From Nannocystis bainbridge (GTDB taxonomy: Bacteria; Myxococcota_A; Polyangia; Nannocystales; Nannocystaceae), in the NCBI RefSeq assembly GCF_028368995.1, contig NZ_JAQNDL010000001.1, positions 672,001 to 736,000 of the forward strand: DNA of 64,000 nt, written 5' to 3'. Under the pieces are notes generated by a model. The model did no database searches. It was not told where the DNA came from and worked only from the letters and a program-made list of their open reading frames with translations. Both the position numbers and the translations under genes were made by a program. Within the stretch, counting starts at the first letter, position 1, and each line of letters opens with the position of its first letter. Of this stretch, positions 11,801 through 19,536 are shown piece by piece.

Positions 11801-12397
11801 CGCGTGATCCTGTGCGTGCCGAGCCTGCTCGGGCCCGGCACGCCGAAGCGGCTGCAGGAGGTCCGCGACCACTGCCTGCTCACCGCCGTCGACGCCATGC
11901 GGGCCACCCGCGGCGATCGCTTCGCGCTGTTCTCCCCGGGCGCCGGCGCCGACCGGGCCGTGCGGTTCACCAGCACCTCGGTGGTGATCGACGACGCGTT
12001 CGCGCTGACCGGCACGACCCACCTGTGGCGCCGCGGCCTGTCGTGGGACTCGTCGCTGGCGGCCGCGGTGTTCGACGAGCGGGTGATCGACGGCCGCCCG
12101 CAGGATGTCCGCGCGTTCCGGATCCAGCTGCTGGCCGACCGCCTGGGGATCCCGACATCACGCGTGCCCGACGACCCGGCCGAGCTGGTGCGGGCGATCC
12201 GCGAGCTCGACGCCCGCGGCAGCAACCGCCTGTCGGCGATCCCGATCGCGCGCCCGAGCGACACGCCGCAGAACGCCGACATCGACGCGTGGAACGCCGA
12301 CGGCAGCAAGGACGACCTGGACCTCGCCAGCGTCGCGGCCCTGCTGATGGCGTTCATCGCCCTCACCGACGTCGACCACGCGATCGTCGAGGGCTGA
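8816..12397 (+). CDS. Large protein with C-terminal phospholipase D-like domain, HKD motifs degenerate (1193 aa)
   Basis: ELHGTGVRLTGAPAV, ARETLQALLAAIDRAQDFVYVETP and FTSTSVVIDDAFALTGTTHLWRRGLSWDS align with PLD WHD....GPA, AI..A..FIYIE and HSKxxxxDD...GSAN..RS...D; 7 nt after previous stop. Confidence 0.85.
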   Translation: MAITLNPPIDNLGIMAPVLGPWFSAADVNLGVPDPAQRLGLTVDFAADTDWFAPATGTLSLFVTGGATPATLDALQDSSGAFPFPAGRIVAYFRLLPEVEARLHALVGLVPAATANPVTDPPTAAAAPTRPQVRSLAIVLPAATPLTPAGLYPFFGGEGDIPGGDPAEKMAAIGLALNGGNLVNAALPMTWLRRPGGAAGDRDVLLQDLNGEVQLWAFDRRGRAIDPGAVACWWSWLLATAVGDDPATGDADIQLLAPDIEANDYPQQGGGPVVVQFAAQRTAHLVDAHEGPLAAPFLGGRLQVDGAVANDALVLVADNDDIALTFAALPAPGTPPTADNPQVDDAPRARMAVLPTGNYGTTATLWPGGPVHAGLTRDFVRVAVVDEERHLVGLARRDSREDATTTEERLRSAQNRPSTRIEVHRTSTPDGVLLTHSQAAADALLAVPNTDDPSRLVLGLGDFAWGGAPSAAAPTPGAGPLPTTLADSGAAVPTAGQYRVRALTGGGALAQDQQTVLVEVNLGTACAGAWVRAWPLGFNLEVGLHFRTTGGAGRVNAAGVAQFTMVLLNGTLGASGLLGMDTLVLLPDSTGAVAAQRRYADRRFARPAPVGGIAATTIAGDWVVCETGATGSGALPNGAVPPGGHVVLLTATPTIVDRTAIPAAAWDADTLRNRLQATDIVSLTSPAFGSTPDRADVLGRPLPRTPTAGGNPRGGLDTIVGNRLHYFDRLAVGLTSASSTPYSLLDRLEVAAATVGDDAATAVIGTAPPVPWALESAREFFLGHPGVPAAIELHGTGVRLTGAPAVAVAEYVRERTAGLSFAEVQALVEPDRSATIQSELAVAAEAVTALPTIADGADPGPVVAVLRTTALGMEGRPGVGYDAVDDEQFPFSEHEDELADWLDDNIPVEGAAGTALRDAVTGPTASITRALDRRIQTAASGARETLQALLAAIDRAQDFVYVETPAVDAMPIDHGGDNVEWWTRLVARMGARPGLRVILCVPSLLGPGTPKRLQEVRDHCLLTAVDAMRATRGDRFALFSPGAGADRAVRFTSTSVVIDDAFALTGTTHLWRRGLSWDSSLAAAVFDERVIDGRPQDVRAFRIQLLADRLGIPTSRVPDDPAELVRAIRELDARGSNRLSAIPIARPSDTPQNADIDAWNADGSKDDLDLASVAALLMAFIALTDVDHAIVEG

Positions 12398-12411
12398 TAC
12401 GCGGAGCTCCG

Positions 12412-12443
12412 GGCGAGGCCTGACCGAAAGGACAGGTCTCGCC
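12412..12443 (+). terminator. Hairpin downstream of the giant operon (possible terminator or stabiliser)
   Basis: GGCGAGGCCTGACC-GAAA-GGACAGGTCTCGCC imperfect stem with GAAA loop; no U-tract. Confidence 0.45.
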
Positions 12444-12783
12444 CCGCGCCGTCACGACTCGCACTCGAGCTCCGCCTCGAAGCGGCGAGTCGACATGGGC
12501 AGAACGTCTACTACGACCGCGCCTCCCGCCTCTCGGTGACCCACGGTCGGTCCCGCCCGGACATGCGCGCCGGCAGCCTGCCGTTCACGCCTGAGCCGGC
12601 ACCTGCGCAGGCGCCCCTGCGCGCATGTCCGCGTGCGAGTCCGAAGTGAGCCTCGATCCCGACCCCACGCCGCCCGTTCGCGCGCGGCGCAGGCCCGGTT
12701 CCGAGCCGATCCTGCGGCGAGCACCGCACGTTGATCGCCGCCGACCGCGAATGTAAAGATCGTCGGCGACGGAGGGTAGAGGG

Positions 12784-13215
12784 GTGAGTACATCGAGTGT
12801 GGCATCCAAGGCGCAGAGCGACAGCGGCTACAGCGCGGACTCGTGGATCGACGTTCGGCTCGAGCCGATGACCAAGCTGTGGCAGGGCATCGGCGGGGAG
12901 AGCAACTTCTTCCTCAGCGAGAACGACGCCCGCGAGGCGCGGGGGGCTTACCAGGACGCGCGCGGCTACAAGTTCGCCGAGACGCTGTGGCGGCTGGCCC
13001 AGGTCCAGCCCAACGCCGTGCACGGCTATCGCCTCGGGATCCGCGAATTCGTGGTCGACCTGCCGACCCCGGCCGCCTGTGCGGTCTGCGTCGCCAACAC
13101 CAACCTGGGCAGCGGCGGCGTCTTCCAGTACTACATCGTCGACTGGAAGAACTACCTGTTCGAGACCGGTCGTCACTTCCACTTCGGCAGCGCGAGCTGG
13201 CGCGGCACGATCTGA
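12784..13215 (+). CDS. Small protein resembling a stand-alone polymorphic-toxin (TNT/ART-like) domain
   Basis: GGAGG upstream, good codon bias; AQVQPNAVHGYR...ANTNLGSGGVFQYYI recalls the G.GG..QY tail of TNT-like toxin domains. Confidence 0.6.
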   Translation: MSTSSVASKAQSDSGYSADSWIDVRLEPMTKLWQGIGGESNFFLSENDAREARGAYQDARGYKFAETLWRLAQVQPNAVHGYRLGIREFVVDLPTPAACAVCVANTNLGSGGVFQYYIVDWKNYLFETGRHFHFGSASWRGTI

Positions 13216-13242
13216 CGCCAGCGCTCGCGCCATCGGAGCAGG

Positions 13243-13400
13243 GCGCGTCGCTCCGGCGCGAGCATCCGGGCGCGCGCCGCATCGCCGGCGTGCGCACCCT
13301 GACGCGGCACGTGCGGCGCATCGCGGCGCGTCGCTCCCATGCGAGCATCCGGGCCCGCGCCGCGTCGCCGACCTGCACGACCTGGCGCATCGCGGCGACC
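13243..13400. repeat. Imperfect intergenic tandem duplication (unit about 83 bp)
   Basis: GCGCGTCGCTCC...GCGAGCATCCGGGC.CGCGCCGC.TCGCCG...GCGCATCGCGGCG starts at 13243 and 13326. Confidence 0.65.
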
Positions 13401-13468
13401 GCTCGAGCGCGCGACGGCGAGGCGCCGTCGACACGCATCGAGCTCCATGAGACTCGCTCTGCCGCGAC

Positions 13469-14569
13469 TCAGGGCGAGAAGCCGCAGCCGTCAAGGTTGT
13501 CGTAGAGCGCCATGCTGCCCTTGAAGCCGTTCGCCTTCATCAGCGCGTGCGCCATCTCGGCGTTGCCGCACCACAGCTTCTTGTTGTGGCCGAAGTACGC
13601 CGTGCTCTTCGGCAGGAACGCCGCCACGTCGAGGACGTCGACCAGCTCGCCGTTGTATTCGAAGCGGATCTCGCCGTCGATGGTCGCCGCGCCGAGCCCC
13701 ACGAGCGACTCGATCCCGTTGCCGGAGACCTTCACGCTGCCGCCGACGAAGCTCAGCGCCCCGAGCCCTTGCAGATCTTTTAATGAAGGGTGGCCGATCA
13801 GCTCGAAGCGGCCGAACCCCTGCGGCGTGGCCCCGATCGAGGTCAACTTGGCGAGCGCGTGCAGGCTCGCCAGCGGCGCGTTGGCCTCGATGACGAGCTG
13901 ACCGCCGACCTCCTCGAGGCTGTCCAGGCCGTCGAGGCTCGCAAGCGCCGTTTGCACGATCTCGAGATCGCCGCCGACCCGCCGCAAGCACTGCAGCCCG
14001 GCCAGGCTCGTCAAGCCGGGCGCGTGGATCGTCAGGTCGCCCGTGATCTCCCCGTAGGCCGCGAGCGCCGCGACGTCGAGCGAGTTCTCGATCGAGAACG
14101 ATCCGCCCAGCACCTCGAGGTCGGGCGCGCAGTCGATCGGTTCGCCGGTCGAGCCCTCACCCGTCGAGCTGTCCTCGCTCGTCGAGCCCGTCGTGCTGTC
14201 CTCGCCCGTCGAGCTCTCGCCCGTCGCGCTCTCGCTCGTCTCCCCCGTCGAGCTCACCTCGCTCGTCGAGCTCTCGCTCGTCTCCCCGCTCGAGCTGCCC
14301 TCGCTCGTCTCGCCGCCCGAGCTGCCCTCGCTCGATTCGGAGTCCGGCGTGAGCGGGGCGGTCGACTCCTCGGTGGTCGAGGTCGTCGGCCCGGTGGCGT
14401 CGGAGCCCTGCGAGCTCGTGCTCGCGTCAGTCGCCTCCGTGGACGCCGTCTCGGTCCCGGTCCCGCTCTCGCCGGGGCAGGCCGCGAAAAGACTCAAGCC
14501 GGCGGTCAGCACGAGCGAGTCGAGCGCGAGGGCGCGGTGCGACGATGACGATAGGGTCAGCCTGGTCAT
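13469..14569 (-). CDS. Lipoprotein with Ser/Thr/Glu stalk and receptor-L-domain-like leucine-rich repeats
   Basis: Lipobox LFAAC; GETSESS repeats; ITGDLTI..LTSLAGLQCLRRVGGDLEI..LASLDGLDSLEEVGGQLVI. Confidence 0.8.
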   Translation of the reverse strand: MTRLTLSSSSHRALALDSLVLTAGLSLFAACPGESGTGTETASTEATDASTSSQGSDATGPTTSTTEESTAPLTPDSESSEGSSGGETSEGSSSGETSESSTSEVSSTGETSESATGESSTGEDSTTGSTSEDSSTGEGSTGEPIDCAPDLEVLGGSFSIENSLDVAALAAYGEITGDLTIHAPGLTSLAGLQCLRRVGGDLEIVQTALASLDGLDSLEEVGGQLVIEANAPLASLHALAKLTSIGATPQGFGRFELIGHPSLKDLQGLGALSFVGGSVKVSGNGIESLVGLGAATIDGEIRFEYNGELVDVLDVAAFLPKSTAYFGHNKKLWCGNAEMAHALMKANGFKGSMALYDNLDGCGFSP

Positions 14570-14972
14570 AGGATTCTCCTGAGCGCGGAAATAGTGGGTG
14601 CGGCGGCGCCTCGCTCGAGGCGACCGCGCGCGGCCGGTGGGTTTTAAAAAGTAAGTCGCCGCCTCCCGGCCGTTCCGTCACGGCCGCGCCGGAGCCGGCC
14701 AAAACGGCGCCACAGCCCGCAGGAGCCCCCCCTGCGACGTCAAGCGGGCCAGGACCGCCGCGCCGCGGGTCCGAACCGAGACGGATGCCACCTGCATCCG
14801 TCGCTCCCGCAATGACGCGAACTCGGCGGGTGGCTGCACGCCGCGGCCGCTGCCAGCAATGGCGCGACGGCTCGCGGCCCGGGCGACGCACCCCGCACGC
14901 GGTGGATCGGCCGCCCGCGCTTCAACTTTGCCCGGCGCCCTGCTATGCAGGCGCGATGCTCGGAGGCCTCCG

Positions 14973-16364
14973 GTGAGCTACAGCGGCGCCCAGGTGTACT
15001 TGCCTCGCGGCCCCACCGCGGCCGCGATCGCCAGGTGGCTCGCGGAGCGGCTGCCGGACGCCGAGGTCGAGCGCTCCAGCAGCCGGATCGTGCTGCGCCT
15101 GCTGGGCGCCGAGCTCGCGCTGGCGATCGACCGCGCGCCGCACGTGCGGGTGGAGGCGCAGGAGCTCGCGGAGCGGGCACCCGCGGGCGCCGCCAGGCTG
15201 CTGCGCCGCGCGACGCGACGGATCGAGATTTTGCCCCGCGATCCCCGGGCCGACGTCGACGACCTTTACGACGCGTTGCTGCTCGTCTTCGAGACCCTGC
15301 GCGGCATGCCGGAGGTCGTCGGCTTCGACCCGTTCGACGGCGCGTTTTATTGCGCCGACGCGCTCGCTACCGGCGCGGAGCCCATGATCGTGTATCGCGT
15401 CGCCGACCTGCCCGAGGGCCTCGCGCTGGACCTGCCGGCGGACGCAGGACCTCGCGGGTGCTTGTTCTGGATCCACCCGCCCGGCGGCGCCGCGTGCGAG
15501 GCCTTGATGGCGGCGCTGCCCGAGCCGGAGCTCGATCATGTCGACGAGGGCCTGGCGCTCGCCACCCTCGTCATGAGGCTCGGCGGCCGCGGGGGCCGCC
15601 TCGCGGCGATCGTGCCGCCCAGGCTCACCGACGGCGAACCGACGTGGGGCCTCGGCTTCCACACCGGACCCGCCGACGTCACCGAGCAGTTCCTGCGGGC
15701 CGCCGGCCACGACCTGCGCCCGGCCTCGCAGATCCTCGACGGGCTCGCCATCGTCGAGGTGCGGGCCGCCGACGACTCGCCGTGCTCGCAGCTCGTCGAA
15801 CGCACCGTGTGCGACGGCCGATTGCGCCTCGGTGTGCTCCGCACGGCCGGCCGCGGGCTGTTCACCGTCGAGGGGCCGGCGCAGCGCTGGGCGCTGCTCG
15901 ACCGCGAGCGCCGCGAAATGATCGAGCGCGAACTGCCGCCCGCGGGCGTCGTGACGGACATCAAGCTGCGCCCGGTCGCCCCGCGCCGGGCAGCGCGGAC
16001 CCGCGACGCGCTGGAGCGTCTGTGCCGCGAGCACGACCTCGCCGCGCCGGAGCCGGAGATCGGCGCCACAGTGCTGCGCCTGCTGCCGCACGCGGTGCTC
16101 ACCGCGGGCAGCTGGGACGGCCCCGCGGCGGACATCAAGGCCCTCGCCCGTCGCAAGCTCGGCGGCGAGTGGCTGGCGGTGATCGCCGGCGCGTGGGTCG
16201 AGCGGATGTTCCACGACGGCCCCGTCGCGGCGAACCACATCGATCTGTTCACCGCGATCGACGGTTGGCTCGAGCAGGCGATCGGCCGCGAGGCGCTCCG
16301 CGAGGCGACCGTTCGCGCCCTCGAGCGCATCGATCACAGACCACCGGCGCGGGCCAGGACCTGA
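14973..16364 (+). CDS. Hypothetical protein (about 463 aa)
   Basis: GTG at 14973 preceded by GGAGG, in frame with track ORF 14859; protein-like composition; no family recognised. Confidence 0.65.
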   Translation: MSYSGAQVYLPRGPTAAAIARWLAERLPDAEVERSSSRIVLRLLGAELALAIDRAPHVRVEAQELAERAPAGAARLLRRATRRIEILPRDPRADVDDLYDALLLVFETLRGMPEVVGFDPFDGAFYCADALATGAEPMIVYRVADLPEGLALDLPADAGPRGCLFWIHPPGGAACEALMAALPEPELDHVDEGLALATLVMRLGGRGGRLAAIVPPRLTDGEPTWGLGFHTGPADVTEQFLRAAGHDLRPASQILDGLAIVEVRAADDSPCSQLVERTVCDGRLRLGVLRTAGRGLFTVEGPAQRWALLDRERREMIERELPPAGVVTDIKLRPVAPRRAARTRDALERLCREHDLAAPEPEIGATVLRLLPHAVLTAGSWDGPAADIKALARRKLGGEWLAVIAGAWVERMFHDGPVAANHIDLFTAIDGWLEQAIGREALREATVRALERIDHRPPARART

Positions 16365-16437
16365 AGGCCCGCGCCGTCGCGCCTCCCATGGCGCGACGCG
16401 ATCGGTCGTCGAAGCCCACGTGCGCCGCCGCCGAAGG

Positions 16438-18417
16438 TCAGCCGGGCACCGGCAGCGTCACCTCGTTGATCTTCGAGATGTCGCTGCCGGCCGGATAGCC
16501 GTACGACGCCGCCGAATCGGTGCCCCAGACCACCACCCCGAACGGCCCGTCGCTCTCGGCCAGGTGGCGGCTCGTGCCGCAGCCCGCGGCCGGGACGTTG
16601 CCGCGCTCGAGATCGACGTGGGCCACCTCGAACTCCCCCTGCCCGCCGACCGGCATCCAGCCGCCGACAGTGCCGAGGCACTCGACTTTCACGTCGGCGA
16701 ACACGCCGCCCTCGCTGGCGCGCACGATCACGAGGTTGGTCGTCGCATAGGTCGGATCGGTGAAGAAGATGTAGCGGTTCTGGAACTGCCTGGCGCTGAG
16801 CAGGCTGACCCACTCCTCGTCGCCGAGGCCGCACGACTGGTTGGGCGAGCAGCCCGGGCGCGTCACCCCGCCGGTGCCGCTCATGTACTGCGAGAACAGG
16901 AACGGGTGCTCGGGGTCCTGCGAGCGCACCGAGAAGAAGCTGGTGGTCTCGAACTGCACCACCTGCCCGGCCGCCAGCGCCGTGGGGGCCCCGGGCGGCG
17001 CCGACGGGTCCCACGTGAGGGCCGTATCGTCGACCACGCCCACCATGCGATAGGGGACGCTCTCGGGCGCCAGATCGATCAGGCGCGTCACGACGCCGGC
17101 GCCGACGTAAGCGTTGCCCAGCGCCCGGACCGGCGCGATCTGCTGGTGGGCCGAATCACGCCCGCCCGGCCCCAGCGTCGCGCTTGCGACCGCGATATAC
17201 GTGTTGCCCGTCCACAGGCCGATCGGCTTGTCGCTGTCGAGGATCGTCCCGCTCGAATCGAGGTTGTTGCCCTGCTTCGACCATTGAAGGATCTGGCCGG
17301 CGCTCAGCGTGTACTCGGTGGTCACCCCGGCGGGCGCCTCCGCCTGGCCGCCGCCGCCCGGCAGCGTCACCGTCGGCGCGACCTTGACGACCGTGTCGTC
17401 CTCGCGCGCGACCACCATCGTGAACATCCCGCCCTCGCCCGGGGCCGGGGTGATCGACATGTGATTGGTCCCCCACGAGGTCGCCGGGAACAGCAGCGAC
17501 GCGCTCGGCAGGTAGCTGGCCGCGCCGCCGTACGGGTTGATGTCGTAGGCGCTGACCGGGACATCGGTCGTGACGTGGAACGCCTCGCCGACGCCGGTGC
17601 CGGGCACCGCGGTGTCCTGCAGCAGCGCCGGCGGGACCGGGCACTCGAGCGAGGTGCCGTTCTTCACACCTGGCTTGTGGGACAGGAACAGGATCGCGAC
17701 CTCGTCCGGCGGCAAGCCCTCGGGCGGCAGCAGCTCGTAGGTCGTGACGGCGCCGTCGGACTTGGGGATCCGCGCGTGCTGGGTGATGTCGAACGATTGC
17801 CCGCCGCGGCTGACGGTGATGTGGGCCGGGCCGCTCCACGCATTGGCGAGGAACACGGCGAAGCACGGACCGTCGAAGTACTGGCCCAGGCCGTTGGCGT
17901 AAAACGGCGGCGTCGGGGCCCAGAAGTCGCAGCCCGCCGTGCCCTGGAGCGCGCCGAACACGTCGCACACCGGCTGGCACGCGCCGTCGAGGCAGGCCTC
18001 GTCGCTGCCGCAGGTCTCGACGACCGCGTCGAACGGGTCGAGCACGTCGTGTAGGTCGCCCGAGCAATGCAGCACGAGCGGCCCGCCGGTCGTGCCCTCG
18101 CTGGTGCCCTCGCTGGTGCCCGGCGCGGTCGAGGTCCCGGTCGGCTCGCCCGTGGTGGTCGTGCCCGGCTCGGTGGTCGCTGCGGCCTGCGTCTCGCTGC
18201 CCGAGACCGGGTCTTCGGTGGTCGAGCCGGTGGTGGTCGGGGCGTCCGCGGTGGTGCTCGTGCCCTGCGTGGTGACGCCCGAGACAGAGGCCTGGGTCGC
18301 GCCGGACAGCTCGCCCCCGTCATCGCCGCAGGCGAGCACGAACAGCGGCAACAGGGCCCACAGACGGCTCAAAGCGGCGACGTGGACCGTGACGGAGGAC
18401 TGGTTGATTTTGCGCAT
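16438..18417 (-). CDS. IgGFc-binding-domain lipoprotein with Thr-rich stalk
   Basis: Start MRKINQ; lipobox VLAC; GCDFWA, SASLLFPATSWG, DSDKPIGLWTG motifs typical of myxobacterial IgGFc_binding proteins. Confidence 0.8.
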   Translation of the reverse strand: MRKINQSSVTVHVAALSRLWALLPLFVLACGDDGGELSGATQASVSGVTTQGTSTTADAPTTTGSTTEDPVSGSETQAAATTEPGTTTTGEPTGTSTAPGTSEGTSEGTTGGPLVLHCSGDLHDVLDPFDAVVETCGSDEACLDGACQPVCDVFGALQGTAGCDFWAPTPPFYANGLGQYFDGPCFAVFLANAWSGPAHITVSRGGQSFDITQHARIPKSDGAVTTYELLPPEGLPPDEVAILFLSHKPGVKNGTSLECPVPPALLQDTAVPGTGVGEAFHVTTDVPVSAYDINPYGGAASYLPSASLLFPATSWGTNHMSITPAPGEGGMFTMVVAREDDTVVKVAPTVTLPGGGGQAEAPAGVTTEYTLSAGQILQWSKQGNNLDSSGTILDSDKPIGLWTGNTYIAVASATLGPGGRDSAHQQIAPVRALGNAYVGAGVVTRLIDLAPESVPYRMVGVVDDTALTWDPSAPPGAPTALAAGQVVQFETTSFFSVRSQDPEHPFLFSQYMSGTGGVTRPGCSPNQSCGLGDEEWVSLLSARQFQNRYIFFTDPTYATTNLVIVRASEGGVFADVKVECLGTVGGWMPVGGQGEFEVAHVDLERGNVPAAGCGTSRHLAESDGPFGVVVWGTDSAASYGYPAGSDISKINEVTLPVPG

Positions 18418-18610
18418 CGCGTCGACTCGTGGCGTCGAGGATGCCACCCCGCGCCAGCGCGAGGCTCGCGTGCCCCGGATCCGCGGCGCAACGGTTCGCA
18501 CGCGCGGGCGCGACCGCTCGGCCGCGCCCCGAGAGCGCGTGCGAGCGCACGCGGCCTGGCGCCGCGTCCACCCGCGAGCGCCTCCGCCTGAGCCCGGCTC
18601 TCTCCGCGCG

Positions 18611-18880
18611 TCAGACCTGAAAGTAGTTCTGCCAGGCCTGATACAGCAAATCACGGATCGCCTGCGGGACAGCGCCTCCGCCGCGGTGGCTGAAGACCCC
18701 GGTGTACCCGTAGTAGTAGTATTCGTTGTCGTTCGTCGCCATGTGATCGTCGCCCGGATTGTCGACGTGGCGGCTGAAGTGGATGTTGGCGAAGGTGGCG
18801 ATGACGTTGCAGACGTAATAGACCCAGTTCCCGGTGAGGTTCTCCAGGGAGTTCGTGATCTTCCAGTCGGTCATGCTCAT
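18611..18880 (-). CDS. Small aromatic-rich hypothetical protein (89 aa)
   Basis: GGAG RBS, strong codon bias, follows 18917-19237 gene on the same strand. Confidence 0.75.
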   Translation of the reverse strand: MSMTDWKITNSLENLTGNWVYYVCNVIATFANIHFSRHVDNPGDDHMATNDNEYYYYGYTGVFSHRGGGAVPQAIRDLLYQAWQNYFQV

Positions 18881-18916
18881 GGCTGCTGCTCCAAGCGCGG
18901 GCTCGCGTCGGCCCGG

Positions 18917-19237
18917 TCAGGTCTCGGCGAGGGAGATGTTGCCCGTGGGATCGACGGTCATCTTGTAGTCCTGCGGGCTGCTGTTCACGTTGGCGAGGAT
19001 GACCTCGCCCGAGCCATCGTCCCACTCCGCCTTGATCTTCCAGTCGTCGTCCCAGAGGATGCAGCGGCCCCGCCCGGTCTGGACGCTGAGCGGGACGTTC
19101 TTGTGCTGGGAGATCCAGGCGTAGACCTCGGAGTACGACCGCGGGGACACCGTCTGGCTGTCCCCCGGGTGCTCCATGTTCACGATCGAGATGTGGGCGT
19201 TCGATTGATTGTCACAGCCGCGAATGCCTGTCGTCAT
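18917..19237 (-). CDS. Small hypothetical beta-rich protein (106 aa)
   Basis: ATG at 19237 with GAGGA RBS (MTTGIRGCDNQ...); coding-like codon usage. Confidence 0.75.
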   Translation of the reverse strand: MTTGIRGCDNQSNAHISIVNMEHPGDSQTVSPRSYSEVYAWISQHKNVPLSVQTGRGRCILWDDDWKIKAEWDDGSGEVILANVNSSPQDYKMTVDPTGNISLAET

Positions 19238-19536
19238 TGTTCCTCGTGGTTGGCAGCAATATGTACCCGCGGCCGACCAGGCGCCGCTGGCGGAAACAGC
19301 CTGTCGTGCGCCCGACGACACCGCCCGCGCGCAGCCGCCCGCGCCACCGCAGCCGTGCTGCAGCGCGCCCCGTTCGTGACGATCGCGGCGAAACTCCCGC
19401 TCCGGAGCGGAATGCGACCCCCGCCGACGCTTGATTCGCCGCGTCGCCCGATTGGCGACACCGACCGCGAACCTTCGAGCAACCGAGGCCCACGCCTCCG
19501 TCGCCGAGGGCTCTGCAGCCCTCGACTGTCACATCC

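Noticed and set aside
1076-12022. Very long alternative-frame ORFs (1076-5632, 8744-12022 and many similar throughout)
   Set aside because: Arg/Pro/Gly-rich shadow frames caused by GC3 bias of the real genes
1-12397. Contractile injection system or prophage tail operon
   Set aside because: No sheath, tube, baseplate or tape-measure motifs recognised in the visible part
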